From Lingula anatina (lineage: Eukaryota; Animalia; Brachiopoda): DNA of 64,000 nucleotides. Numbering within the stretch: position 1 is the stretch's first letter; each line of letters starts with the position of its first letter. The notes under the pieces were generated by a model. It was not told the DNA's origin, searched no databases, and worked only from the letters and a program-made list of their open reading frames with translations. Both the position numbers and the translations under genes were made by a program. Positions 1-28,462 of this stretch are shown in pieces. The stretch covers positions 10,912,001 to 10,976,000 of the forward strand of contig CM120641.1 of the NCBI GenBank assembly GCA_051362555.1. Direction: 5' to 3'.

Positions 1-152
1 TCTCTCAAGGTCTTAATTAAAACAATCTAATATTAATATTACTAGAAATGTTACCATACTTGCTAAGATTATTAAGTATTTCCAGTTATTATTCATGCTT
101 TTGTGCATTGTGAGTATTTATGTGTTAAAAGGGTTTTTATTTCATTCTCAAG

Positions 153-3100
153 TCAACAAAACCAGAATATATCAGAAGATTGGTGGAAAAAATGATGTCA
201 ACATTTGGTGTGACAGAGAGAACTCTAGAACAAGCTCTACACAGCTGCAGCATAAAAACTGACCTGGAGACAATGAAGCACTTCTTTGGATTACTGTAAA
301 TACAAATATTCACTGTATAAGTGTAGTAATGTGTGATCCAAAGCAGATCAAATAATCTGTGATTACTCGTGATTACTCGGAAATATTACATCCTTGTAGA
401 TATTGATTTCAAAACTTGGATTTAAAATTAAAAAGACTGTCATTATTATGTTCAGACACAGTGTATCTGTACATATAATCATTACCTGTGTCTGTTGTTA
501 TCTTTGTCATTGATACATTGATAAAGTTACCACTGATACCCAACATAATTTTAATATTGAATGAATTTCCAGACGTAACAATCTCTTCCTAAGCATAATT
601 TATTGATAAGTTAAAGGAAACATTTTTGCGATTTAATACTAAATATACTGAGTATTTTTTTAACAGAGACAAGGAATATCCACAGCATCAGTTTCACCTG
701 GAAGTGCTCCTGGACACTGCAGCTGCTCTTGCTAGATCCGGGGCTCATGCAAGTAAATACAACCTTTTTAATTACATCGAAAATAAAACTCATTTGTTTA
801 TGCTAATAACCTTTACCCCATTAAATGTCTTTGGTTTGAGACTCTGACACAATTGTGTAATCCAATCATCCATAAAATTCCGTAAAGACTGAAATTTTGA
901 TTTTCTATGATGTACGATGTAGAGCTGAGACTGAAGTGGGTGTGGTTATTGGTATCATTACCATTTCATTTCAAGCTCAGTGACAACTTCAAATAATGTC
1001 CAGAGCTAAGTGATGTGGAAGTCCAATATATCGTGTATGGTAAATCCAAATGTGATTTTGAATTTTGCCCCTATGTTAAAAATGAGCCCTCCCAAGTAGT
1101 CTCCTGTTTTATATAGGGTTCCTCCTTCAAGGAGTTTTAGACAATTTCTTTCACTATCATGTCAATCAACTGGGACAATAAATTTTTCAAAGCTATCTAT
1201 CATAATGCACAACTAAACATTTTTATGTACAGACACAGATGTGTCTGCACCTATAGCCATCACCTACGTCTGTAGTTGCCCTTGTCGCACGTGCACTTTC
1301 AGTGATGACTCGATAAGTGGAAAACCATTTTTTCTTTTGTCTTCAAACTTACATAACTGACTAATTTTCGTCAAATATAGGCCAAGTTTGAAAACCAGCT
1401 TGATCAGATCATTTTTCAAAAAGTTGTGCTGTTTTTTCCCTTTTTAAAGCATATATGCTATATAGATAACACATCTCAAGGAAAAACCGATATTGCTTCA
1501 TACTTACATGAGTGATCAGTATATCTAAAACACAGGTCAAGTTTGGAAACCAGCCTGATCAGATTATTTTTCTTGAAGTAACACAGTTTTTCACATCATG
1601 GCATTTTCAAGGAGTGACTTTTAACTTCCTTGGGCTTGAAGGCATTTCCTGAATATCCATGATACTTTTATTTCATTATAAAAGAATGGTGGTGCTTTTG
1701 CTGTTAAGCATTATGTAATATTGTATCAAAATTGAAGGATATCTTATTATGGGGACTGACAGAAAAGAATCATTGAACTAAAATATAACTTGTAATGAGT
1801 TAGAAAATCAGCCTAACTGCATTATGTTTCTGGAAGTAATACAGTTTTTTCTGAATACATTATATGCAATACAGATAATAAATTCAAAGAAAACTAATAG
1901 GCCTGCTGTCTTCAAATTTACAGTGTTACTAAAATACAGTTTCAGTCTGAAAATCAGCTGGATTTTGGACCATGTTTCTTGAAGTTTTGCTGTTTTTTTT
2001 TTCAGCATACAGTATATCATACTATATGCAATACATATTTATTTCAAATGTTATGCTGTTTTATTTTTATTTTTTTATTTTTTTTTTAATTTAAGTATGT
2101 TTGTTACTATATGATACAGATACCACATTATATAGAAAAACATTGACCTATTGTCTTCATACTAACAGGACTGATGAATGTTACATAGATACAGACTGAG
2201 GTTGAAAACCAGCCTGATGAGATTCTTTTTCTTTCTTCTTTTTTTAAGTTATGCTCTTTTTTTTTTGTGTTGAATAAGCTTTTAAGCATAATGTATTATC
2301 AATGTATTATCAAAATTGGCAAAATAACATTTTAAAATAATGCATAATTCTTTTCTATTTTTTGTCTGTACATTTGTCAGCTTTGCTGCCTTGTTTATCC
2401 AGGGGCCTGTTCCACAAAGCAGTCGTTAGTTAGAATGACTAACTACTGAGCTATTGCTAAGTTCAGTCGTAAAGTTTGGTTGTTAGTTCTCTCGTTACTC
2501 ATGTACTCTCGAAACAGTCTACAGGAAGTGGAACTCTTGTGTATAAGTGTCACAAATGCACTAACTCTCCAATTTTTGGTGGCTTGAAATGCATAAGAAC
2601 GTCTGCTTTGAGGTCGTCGTAAAGGCTCTCCACCACCCTTTTTGCTGCTCTTTTTTGTCACAGCCAGGCGCAACCTTTCTTAAATTACATCATCGTGCGT
2701 ATATTCTAATAGATTCTGCCTCTGATGAAAACATCATAGTCTATGTTGTCGTTTGGTGGCGCAGATAACAAGAAAGGCAGCCGCCATATTATATACAGAG
2801 ACAAATGACAGACAATGGTAACTAAGCAACCTTTCTTTTTCATTCATTATGCATGCGTACGATGAAACTCGAGAGTTAGCGACTGGTCTAACTAGTCGTT
2901 AAATATCCATGGTAACAACGCCACAATAACGAGTGAGAGAAATAGCGATAGCTTCGTGAAACGGCACTGATAACTAGTGAGAGGCTAACAACTGATTGCT
3001 AACGAACTACTGCTTTGTGAAACGGGCCATTGAGCATTTGTTGATAATTGGGGAATGGCTCATCCTTATTGCGTATAACATATGAATGCTCCAATTATTT

Positions 3101-6100
3101 TGGAGTGCTCTTGGTTATGTAAACAATGCATGATGATTAACTTTTTTTTTCTGTAAAAGATGCTGCTGAGTATATGGCAACATTTAAGGACAGAATCTAC
3201 CCAGAAACAGAATTACAGGAACTTGCAGTTTTTGAAAGTTCCAAGGATCTTCTTATGGCTTTCCGATGGTCAGAAAACTGGAATGAAGATGCCTACCATA
3301 CTGCATTCAAGCTCCTAGGACAAATATTACATGCTAGTGAAAAGCCCTATGTTGGGGACCCTTATTGGGGGTTATTAATCTATCATTACTGGCATGGATT
3401 TCAGATAAGGTGATTTAATTTAATCCATGTGATTCCCTTTGCCATGGCATAAGCCATGTATTGATATAGGTTTATGCTATCATAAAGTGGTTTAATTTGA
3501 ATTTTTGTCAATTCATATCAAATAATGGGGAATATTTTTGATGTATTAAAAAAAAAGTGCCTTAATACTGTTTTTCTTTTTGTTTGTTTTTATGAAATGA
3601 ATGAAATATAGATTAAGCACCATTTATATAGAGGTTCTACACTGCACTGCCACTAATGTGTAAATTAAACACAATTTTTAAGTATTCTAAATTTATTTCC
3701 TCATGTCACTAGTTTCTGTACAACTGTACCTAGTAAACTGTGGCATCGCCTCTCTGGTCCTCAAGTTTCTATCAAAATTACATATGAAGCAAGTTAATAT
3801 GTCAAATCTTTGCCACTGACACAACCAAATGTCACCATATTATTTCAAACAGCATAACTTAAAGAAATGCGAATAAGGCAATTTCATATGTTTTGAAAAA
3901 TGATATTTGAACAGATAATAATATGCCATACATTACTTCATATTTGGCAGACTTTTATGAACTGGTGGGACAGATAAGTAGGTCAAGTTACCACCAGAAA
4001 TTTGAAGAAGCTGCATTTTTAAAGCATTGTTTTGGCTGATCAGACCACTGATTTGGTTTATATATTGAGTTGAGTCAGGTAGTGGTAGAAGTGATTAATA
4101 TGTGTTTTCAGGGAAACTATGCTTGGTTTAGATGTAACTTTAAAGTTATGAAGTTTATTGTAATGTACTCATTTTTTAAAGACTGACATTTTTCGTTTTT
4201 CACTTTTATATGTTCATGAGTCTGACATTCTGCAAGTAAAACAATCATTGACACTATTAAATTAGTTACTCATTACCTTTAGACTGTTCAAAATTCCAAT
4301 GCATCCATCTTTTTTTGCCATTTACATGTATTTGTCCATTTACAGCTTTGCTGTCTTGGTTTAGTTATATGTAGATTATTTATTTTACAGCTTGCCATAG
4401 CGAATGTTAAGGAATGATGTTGGAAGTTGGTGCATTTTAGTAACTGTTTTGATGTTAATTTTTTTTCAGGGAGGATGTGAAAGGATTTAGAAAAGCTGTG
4501 GAACTGACAAGAGAACAGAAGTTGGATAGAAAGTACCCAGTGAATTATAGGAAGCTTTTCGCTTTGCTCAGTTTGAAAAAGATGAATGAGGCAGACAGAG
4601 GTAAACATTGAATACTTGAGTACTGAATTATTTTGATACAAATGTATATTTTGAATATGTTTTTGATCATAAATCTTTTCCTGGTCAGAACTTTAATAGT
4701 TCTATTTTCAATATTTCTAAGCCAAATATCTTGAGATTTGGCAATTTACTGCAGGGCAGTCATAAAAGACGACATAGAAGTAGGCTAGGATAAATCTCAA
4801 AAAATTTCCATAGCAGGTGTTTTCTGAGGCTAAATTTGATACTGAATGCAAATCTGACAACCATTTATTTCTGAAACAATTATTTAGGTAGGTAAAATGA
4901 CAATTTTTTAAAGCGGTAGCCAAAAACGGCCTACCTTGCATTTCATCAACAACAAGTAAAGGCACTGTAGTGTGTCATTTGTCTTTTCTCATGTTTTTGG
5001 GGTTGTGCAATCTATTTCTGATGTTAATACTGTGATTGGTACATTTAAGAATGAATTTGGATACCAGGTGGGCTGATGGACAACAAACCACAATAATCTT
5101 TGTCAGTCAAAATGAGGAGTGATAAGATCTTCAACATCTGTTGGACGTGAATTGTAAGGAATGAGCAATAATCTAACCAAAAATTGAATATTTTTTTAAT
5201 TATTGAGACAGGATGGGTGATATACCTTTGTTCTACTAGTAGATGAACATGTATGAAATCACTTTAAAAGCTGGAGCAAGCAAAGAAGTTGCTAAGGGAA
5301 TCCCCAATGCCAGATCTCAAAAAAAAAAACAAACTTTTCCTATGTTTGAGAAGAATATTCCCAAGAGAATAATGTTGGATTGTAATACATTCAGGGAACT
5401 AACGAAGCAGTACCTGTCTGAGAATGCAAGAATTAAAAATGGCAGATGTTTATGATATAGGCCTCATAATAAGCACTTAGCTTATAATATGTAACCCCAA
5501 TATGACATTCTTTGCCGTGTTGACATTGAACTCCTTAATAGTCATATACCTTTACCATCTATCCTTCACTATTCATGTATCTCACTCTTCAGCACAGTTT
5601 TATTTGTTCCCTGAATGTATTATTATACAACATTATTCTGTTGGAAATGCTCTACACAAAGAGAGGAAAGATATTCTTGGAGATCCAAACACAGGGTATT
5701 CTCTCAATTTATGATAGTGACTGCTTCCCGTTTCATACATGTAGAGCAAAGATTTATCATCCATCCTCTTTATATATGGACACTGTTAGTGTCCATATAT
5801 ATTCTGATTGGTCTGTCTGTCCGTGTTGTTGCCGTCACTGGTGCTGTCGCTGTTGCTGTCTGACTTATGATGCTTGCCCCATAACTGCCAAACCGTATTT
5901 TTGTTTTACTTAAAATTTACTAAGTTGCTTTGTTTGGTAAAGAACTGATTGCTTTCCAAAATCAGCATGATCCATTCACTTTTACGGTAATTCTTCTTCT
6001 TTTTTTTTTTTTCATAATTTTGGTCATGTTTGCCCCAAAACTTAAAAATCATATCTTTGTTTTACTTTAAATTTACTGACTGGCTTTGTTTGGCAAAGAA

Positions 6101-8838
6101 ACAGGTTGCTTTCCAAAATTGGTATGGTCCGTTCACAATTTACGGTAATTATTCTTTCTTTTCTTTTCTTTTTTTTTTTTTTTGCACAATTTTGGTGGCA
6201 TTCACCCCATAACTGTCAAATCTTATTGTTGTTTTACATTAAATTTACTGAGTGGCTTTGTTTGGTAAAGAGGCAGGTTGCTTTCAAAAATTGGTATAAT
6301 CAGTTTATATTTACGATAATTATTTATTTTTTTTTTTTTTATTTTTTTTTTTGCACAATTTTGGTGACGTTCACCCCATAACTGCCATGTTTGGTAAAGA
6401 GGTAATAGTGTATCAAAATTGGCTGAAACATTATGCATTATGTATTCTAATCTGTGTCTGAAAATTAGAATATTTGTCAGCTTTGCTACCTTGTTTCCTG
6501 TATGGTGTCTGTATGTTTGTCAGCTTTGCTGTCTAGTTTAATGATTTAAAGATATTCACCTTTTGGTTGCTTGAGGTTAAGATAATTCAAATTTTTACTT
6601 ATGAGTCACATCTTGCAGAACTTATTAGATCTTATCACCCCCAATTTACAGACTTACATTCTGGCCAGCTCTTCTATTAAGCTTGACAGTGTACTGTCAG
6701 CACACAAGGTAACCATTTTATATTTAAAAGGTATCAATGACAGTGCTAATATAAGAAAAGTAGATTTTATGACGCTAAACACATAAGAAAAGGCATGTTA
6801 CAAACTATAGGTCATTTAATTGCTTAGGATGAAACTCTTGTTAGGGCATTTTGTCTGCCATTTTATCAACCTAGATTGTTGTTATGAAAAAAGAAATAGC
6901 TGTTACATGTATTTTTTGTATCAATTTCTGCCATAGAAAACACCTGGTAATCAAAACATTTGAGATTCACCCAACCTTATTCAATACAGGTATATAATGT
7001 GTATGTACCTGGTACATAGTTGCACATGCTTTCTATATGTTTCTATAACTGGTGAAATTATCGTCCTAAATAAAACTCGTAGCCCAAATTTCGCATCAGA
7101 AAATGGACATTTTGCCACATAAAACACCTGTTCCTCTAGAGTTTTCCAAAAAAGTTATTATTTATCCACCCTAAGAGAAGTCAAAACTGTGCTACATATG
7201 CTGACTCTTGACTGCTATTTTTATGCGAAAATGACTTTCACGTCAGAAGTTTGAATGAAACTTAACAGCAAAAACAATATTGAATTTTCTTTTTTTGGTT
7301 TTTAAGTGACATTGATATCTATTTATTTGAAAGATCATTAATTCTTCTACATTTTAGTGCATTATATCTGCATTAAATGTCATTGGTAATAATTTAGAAA
7401 AAGAAAAATAATGCAAAATTGAGAAATACACTAGTTTAATGACAACTATACACATTGACTTTTTAAGGATATTTTTGGAGTACACTCACACTGAAATGTT
7501 TTCTATCAACAGTGAATATTTCAAGTCATTCTGATGAAAAATATAGATGTTTAGGCATTTTAGTAAAGCACAGCGTTTTTTGTGTCATTCTGCAGAATTT
7601 ATAGGATTCCCCAGGTGATAACTAGATGATCTTTTATGACCAGGAAAGGGTGAAAGATGAATAATGTAAGAATTTCCAGCACTGACCAATTTTCTTGTGG
7701 TAAAGGACATTTTTCTATAACTTACCAACCTTTGGTCCTTTCCTGTCACTCGCCATAATCTGTGGAATTTTAAAAAGTCCTTAACCCAAGCTTTTACTTA
7801 GGTTTTTCAAATTCTGCCATAATTTTTTAGCTCAATTCTTCCACTGATTTCTGGGTTTTACACCATTAAAAGCCAAGTCAAGATGGTCATCATTGTTCAA
7901 CAATAAGTGGTTCATGTACTATAAGTGTGTTTTACGGCACACATTGTCCCTTTTAGTTTTATAATGTTACAATTAATTACCATACAAGGTATCCTATCTT
8001 AGATTTTCCAACCAAATCTGTTGTGCAGTATTGATTTTATTATTTTATACCATTTCTAATTAAGTCCTAAATGTTTCATTTAGAACTGCCATGTCTTTCT
8101 TAACATGAAGGAACATCAACAGCAGATATTTTTATTTAAGTTGTTTAAATTTTTATCATTTTTATAGTCTGAATTGGAAAAGATAAGTAGCTTTGCTGGA
8201 TTTGTAGACATAGCTAATTTGACTTTGGGACATTTTCATGCGCAAATAGTATACCTTGAATTAAAGGCAGTTGCAAGTTATCAATGTATTACCCATCTTT
8301 GTCCTGCTTATTTCTTTTTCTAGTATACTAAATTCAAGTTTTTTTTATAGAGGTGTCTATATCTGTCAAATTGAGCTGTGATTAAAAAAGTAATGGATCA
8401 ATTTGGAGAATGGTGAAAATGTTAATTTCATCCCATTAAAAGCTGTTGCAAACATTTCATTTCATTTCCAGAAGCTGCATACGTGCTTTGGGTCAAAGAT
8501 CATTTATTGAGGAAGAGCAAAAGAACTGCCCAAGGAAGCACTGAGGTAGATGTTGTTTTTGGTTAAGTTTACATGTAGCTAAAAGGTGAAAAAAAGTAAT
8601 TTTTGTTTATACTGTATGCAGTGTAAATGTACATTAGAATCTTTTTGAACAAATTACTGTAAATGCAGTGTAGTATTGCATTAAATGAATTATTTGCTGA
8701 TATTTGCAGCATTATTTATCAACTTATTTTCCAGAAATATTCAAGTCTGAGATATTAGAAATAAAGAGGTTACAAGGCATTGTATAGTTCTTTTTTGAAT
8801 TTCAGTCAAACTCCAGTGCGATTGAATCAAAGAAATGA
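153..8838 (+). CDS. 3' part of an unidentified protein, probably alpha-helical repeat (PPR/TPR-like); 5' end not resolved
   Basis: Phase-consistent GT-AG exons 153-295, 667-752, 3160-3409, 4470-4600, 8472-8545 and 8806-8838 (TGA) join into one open frame: STKPEYIRRLVEKMMSTFG...LDTAAALARSGAHANAAEYM...FRWSENWNEDAYHTAFKLLGQ...REDVKGFRKAVELTREQ...SNSSAIESKK*. The family is not recognised with confidence. Confidence 0.7.
1221..2395 (+). mobile_element. Helentron-associated non-autonomous element (HINE-like), family A
   Basis: 5' TTTTATGTACAGACACAGATGTGTCTGCAC subterminal repeat and hairpin, short GTC-rich tract, degenerate internal repeats, and 3' GTCTGTACA plus GTCAGCTTTGCTGCC hairpin and TTGTTT. 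The ends match the copies at 5770-6540 and 13868-19882. Confidence 0.7.
2403..3028 (-). mobile_element. Internally deleted PIF/Harbinger DNA transposon with transposase N-terminal remnant
   Basis: Terminal inverted repeats GGCCTGTTCCACAAAGCAGTCGTTAGTTAG / CTAACGAACTACTGCTTTGTGAAACGGGCC. The minus strand from 2787 reads MAAAFLVICATKRQHRL*CFHQRQNLLEYTHDDVI*ERLRL...PLRRPQSRRSYA, like decayed Harbinger transposase N-termini. Confidence 0.7.
5770..6540 (+). mobile_element. HINE-like element family A (diverged) with ~160-170 bp tandem core units
   Basis: GTC/GCT-rich microsatellite at 5810-5860; units beginning CCCCATAACTG at about 5877, 6033, 6205 and 6373; 3' end GTCTGTATG...GTCAGCTTTGCTGTCTAGTTT. 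Confidence 0.6.
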
Positions 8839-8895
8839 TGAAAGAAGAGTTTACCCTTCAGACAATTTCAAACTATGCCATCTATTATGCAGATC

Positions 8896-9158
8896 TTAAG
8901 AGACCATTCCCAGAGACTATTGTACTAACGTTGGATCAATCTATCTCCAAGGGGTTATCACTAAATTGCTATCAACTTAAGGGGCTTAGATGTCTGGCAC
9001 GCCCACTGAAGCTGTTTTAGGGTAATCAACTATCGTTTAGGGGCTTCAGTTGGCATGCCAGACATACAAGCCATTTAAGCTAAAAGCAATTTAGTGAGAA
9101 ACCCCTTGGAGATGGGTTGATCTAGTTAGATCAATCTAGGCATGGGAACCGAGTCTTA
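8896..9158. mobile_element. Palindromic MITE (Harbinger/Tourist-like ends) just downstream of the first gene's stop codon
   Basis: Arms 8934-9012 and 9043-9122 are near reverse complements. Ends TAAGAGACCATTCCCA / TGGGAACCGAGTCTTA resemble those of the MITE at 12706. Confidence 0.65.
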
Positions 9159-9514
9159 GTTTCATGGTTTTGAATTAATGAAGTATTGAAATATTGCACT
9201 TAATGGACATCTGGTACACTGAGGTGCCATAAATTATCAGAGATTATGCAAGTGTGGAACTTGTGTACTCTTTTAAGGGGGATGTAATTATGAACCAACA
9301 TCTCTGAACAGGTTGGTGGTTGGAACATTTAATATATGTTGAAGATAACTAGAACATGTGATTTTTTGTCAAAAGATTGTATATATAATAAAGTGAAATG
9401 GTTTGTTTTGAACCAAATGTTTTTGTCTTCTGTGAACCTGTTCATGAATAGAATAAATGGGTTGTTGTCTTTGAAAGAACATGTTTTTCCATTTATCATG
9501 TTATCACTGAAAGA

Positions 9515-9600
9515 CAACGGTGAGGACGGTGACGGCAGAGGGCAACGACAGATGCAGGAGACAGTTAAACGTATAGTCAGATCTGTGTCTGTACATAAAA
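9515..9600 (-). repeat. 5' fragment of HINE family A in reverse orientation
   Basis: GATCTGTGTCTGTACATAAAA preceded by a GAC/GGC tract is the reverse complement of the family A 5' end. Confidence 0.55.
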
Positions 9601-10280
9601 CAGGAGTAAATATCTGTTAAAATGTCATTTACTTGGAATTATGAGACCATACCCTTTGGTATTTCTGTAGGTGATGCTATTTGAAACTAAATGGTGTCAT
9701 TTGGTCAGGTTTATTGGCAAAGGTTTGACTTCATATGTAACTTTAACTAAAGAATTGTCTGACTTTGTTGAATAGTCTAAGGAAAGAGCGCTTTTAAGTA
9801 CGTATTTTTTTCATGAACTTGAGTTCAACATTGCTTGTAAACAAAGTAAACTTTAATCAATCATTATCATTTGCATTAAATTTATGTAGGGTAAATTTTC
9901 CTGATATTCACAGGATATTTGTCAATTTTTCACATTATACTCCTTGATATTTTAACAGTCCTGTTGCTGATATTTGAATGTACATTTGAGATCTTTATTG
10001 TCTTGTTTTCTTTAAGCCCCTGTTTGGCCAGAATTGCAAACGTTTAGTGAAATTGCCCATTCTCTCTTCTTTCAAAATTGACGTTTTGACAATATTTGAC
10101 AGTTTATATCAAATTCATGCATCAGTGTTATGAACTTTCAATACTGCAGCTTTCCTTTTGTTATGTAGGGAGTGGTAGAAAATTAATTCTCCAAGTAGTT
10201 GCAAGCCCAGTGTAACAGGGCCTTTTAAGACAGATCTGACTGGCTACTTTAAAACCATAACATGTCTGAAACAGCCATTT

Positions 10281-11995
10281 TTATTGATCATCACTGGTTT
10301 CTGCTATCTCTGCTAGCATTTCCACCTCTCTTGATCCCTGGGATGCCAGGTCATCACTAAGATGCCACACCTGGATGGTTCCACGCCCCCCTCCAGTAGC
10401 CAACAGATGTCGTCTGAAACAATTAAAATTGAGCAATTAACATCTTTTGATTATGAAAATATATTCAAAACAAGCATTAAGATGTTAAAACATGAAATAT
10501 GGACCATGATTATTGACTTTAAATAACCAACCCTTTAAACACTTATAAAAAGATCTAATAGGCACACATATCTGTAACTTGGAACATATCTTGAGTGGTG
10601 TTTGCACTCACTCCACTCCCACTAAAAAATAACCTACTTGTGTACATTAAACTCCAGTGCATACAAAGGCTCTTTGGCTTCCAACTTCTGGACAGGGGTG
10701 ACATGGCTATGTTTCAAATCATATATCAACAGATAACCATTTTCTGTTGCCACTGCAAACACCATTGGGCGAACTGGGGACCACTTGGCTGAGAACAGAT
10801 AACCTGCACTGGGTTCCATTATTGTGATAGGATGTCCCTGTAGCATGCTGTAGAGACGGGCCGAGGTGTCCGATCCACAGGACATAAATAAATTTCTGTG
10901 AAATGGGGAACACTGGACATCATATACTGGGCCATGGTGTGGGTTGAATGCAAAGGTGACTGGCGAGTTTAGTGGGACGGAGGAGGTTATGTGCCTCCCA
11001 GCAGGGGTGCCTTTGGCATTTGTTGAACATTTGAAGATGCATCCACTCTCCGAACCTATGACAAAAGTCATAGGATCTTCATAACTGAATGAAATGCAAG
11101 TGACCCCCACCTCTTGGTCTCCGCGTTGCCCCTTAGGACGAAAGTTTCTGGGCAGAGATTCGGTGAGAAGAACAAAACCATCAATCAGCCTGAGAGCTTG
11201 CTGATGAGGAAATATCTGCCATACCAAGATTTTCCCATCACTGCTGATGCTGACTATGTTGAATTTCTTTCCCCTAGATTCTGGATCTGGTATCCAACGC
11301 AGCTTTGACACAGGTTCTCTGTGGGCATCACCTCCTATTCCTGAAGATGCAATTAACATCTCATCCTCTTTGCTGGTATCCCATAGCATAACTTCACCAG
11401 TAAATGTACCTCCAGCTATCCAACTTGGCTGTTTGGGGTGGAAAGCAATACACATCAAACAACTAGGAAGGTCTACACTTATGTCTGGTTTTGTGGAGTT
11501 AATATTTCTTCTGTCCAAGTTCCAGGAGCACAGTGCAGATTTATGGGTGCACCAGTCTTCGTGGTCAAATTTTCCAAAGGCTGCAGCTAAGACTGAGCCT
11601 GTAGAATTCCACGAGAGCCCCGTGACCTGCAGTTCTTCATTCAATGCGCTATGACTCAGAGTGTGAATGCAGTCAACTGCAACTGCCTTTTCTTCCCAAC
11701 TAACATCATATCCATCAAAGGCGTGACTTCTACCGTTTTTCTCGAGTTCTTTGGACATAATAGGGTACACACTGTTTAGAAATGAACCCAGACTTTCAGG
11801 ATTATCATTCAGCAAATGTAATTCTTTATCTTGTTCTTCCTCTGTTTGGATTTCAGTGTCCACCATTTCTCTAGACTGTATCCCCAATTCGTCTGTGAGT
11901 ATTTCCCTGGTCTGTGCATAACTGTCTGTGACAGACCTTTCCTTTTTCCATGAAGTTTTAAATTCTACGCATTCGAGAGTTTCGTCTGAAAACAT
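10281..11995 (-). CDS. DYNC2I2: Cytoplasmic dynein-2 intermediate chain 2 (WDR34), ~496 aa
   Basis: Exon 11995-10638 (phase 2) joins exon 10413-10281 (TAA). WD40 dynein intermediate chain motifs: LSWNSTGSVLAAAFG..DHEDWCTH, FHPKQPSWIAGG, HHGPVYDVQCSPFHRNLF, WSPVRPMVFAVA, LLATGGGRGTIQVW. Confidence 0.92.
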
Positions 11996-12379
11996 ATTTG
12001 GACAAATTAAGAGTCAACCCAATTACGTGCTATTTGTGTTTATGGTAACGACAGGACGAACAGACATTTGATGGCTGGAATTCATAGTTTCGCACCAACA
12101 CAAAAAAAAAACTTAATGCGTTATTGTCCTTAGATCATTAAATATGTCGTTTTAATTTATTTTGAAATACAAATTTGAAGGAAAAAAAATTAAAGTAAAT
12201 GCAATTTTTCCATTTCCAAGGACAGGTCCCCGTTAGTGCGGTCGCTGTGCAGCAGATTGCTGCTGCCATCTAGCGAACGTTGGAAAGACAAATTAGCTTC
12301 TGTTGAAACGGGGAGCTGCTGACCAAATCGACAGTATCTATCCTATGGAGAGTTAAAATTTAGCGAAAATTAGCTGATT
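11996..12379. promoter_or_regulatory. Bidirectional promoter WDR34/POMT2 with RFX X-box-like site
   Basis: 384 bp lie between the divergent ATGs. GTGTTTATGGTAAC at 12036-12049 (reverse GTTACCATAAACAC) resembles an X-box. TGCCATCTAGCG near 12265 resembles a CTCF site. Confidence 0.55.
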
Positions 12380-27496
<15,117 letters not shown>

Positions 27497-28462
27497 TATG
27501 TCTGCCATATTTTAATAAGGATCAGTTTTATGTTAATAAAACAGACTGCATAATTTTTTATTATACAGTGTATATGCAAGAGCATCTTTTCAAAAAGATA
27601 TTTTAACACTACCTTGCATGACAAGGTATGAGCATGAAAAACACAACATAGATCTGATATCAAATGTGTGTTCATAATAAGTGAATTCTGTTGGGGTATT
27701 TCTTTAGGTGAAATTCTCCACAACATTCCATTGTAATTTTACTACAAAGTAATACTTATATTGTTGATCTATCCTTGACATCTGTGATTTTGCAATTTTT
27801 GTGTTGTATTTAACAAAGTGGCTGCTGTTGGTAGTTTTTTAACTTTAAATAGATCTTTTTTTTTACTCATTTGTAAACCAAATTATGCAAGATGTAAAAT
27901 GTGTTTAAACTTTTTAGAAAATATCTCTTCAAAATGTCAACCTTTACAAACACAGTGTATAATTTTGATAATGTAGAAATGTCACCATATTATTTTTGTT
28001 TATGTGATAGTTTAGATAGGTGTTTTTTGTAGCAGCTGTGTGGGAAAGTAGGTCTAAAGGTTGTAGAATTAATATATTCTTCATCTTCTAACATTTGCAA
28101 AACAAATGCCAATTATTATTCTATGTTCAAGTTGTACCAGAGCTTTTTCTTGTTCTTCATTTGTGTAAAAAGATCATGGACAAATTTGATATATTATGTG
28201 CCCTTTCATCAATAAATGACTCCTTCAAACTTAGGCTTCTGTCTTGAGCACCCCTGCTTCAGTGGCAGAGAATGTGAAATAATATATCAGTCACTTATAT
28301 ATTTTAAGAAAATAAAGGTTGCATAGGTGGAATCTCAATACATGCTTTTGTTCATATGCTGCCCATGAATAGAATATTGCCGTTTCAGACAAGATTGACA
28401 TGTGAAGGAGTATTCATCTATGGTGTTATAGAAATCAAAAGATAATGTACTGTGGATGGCCT

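Noticed and set aside
46-109. Candidate further upstream exon of the first gene
   Set aside because: It would need a 43-nt intron, which is implausibly short here; left unresolved.
3951-4078. Possible extra exon (AG...GT bounded) in the first gene
   Set aside because: In the required phase it gives an immediate TGA, and the flanking exons already join in frame without it.
6970-7990. Possible old DNA-transposon remnant in a large intron
   Set aside because: I could not identify matching termini or a second copy in the window.
11114-11654. Plus-strand ORFs of 64 and 135 aa
   Set aside because: Antisense shadows of the WDR34 coding exon.
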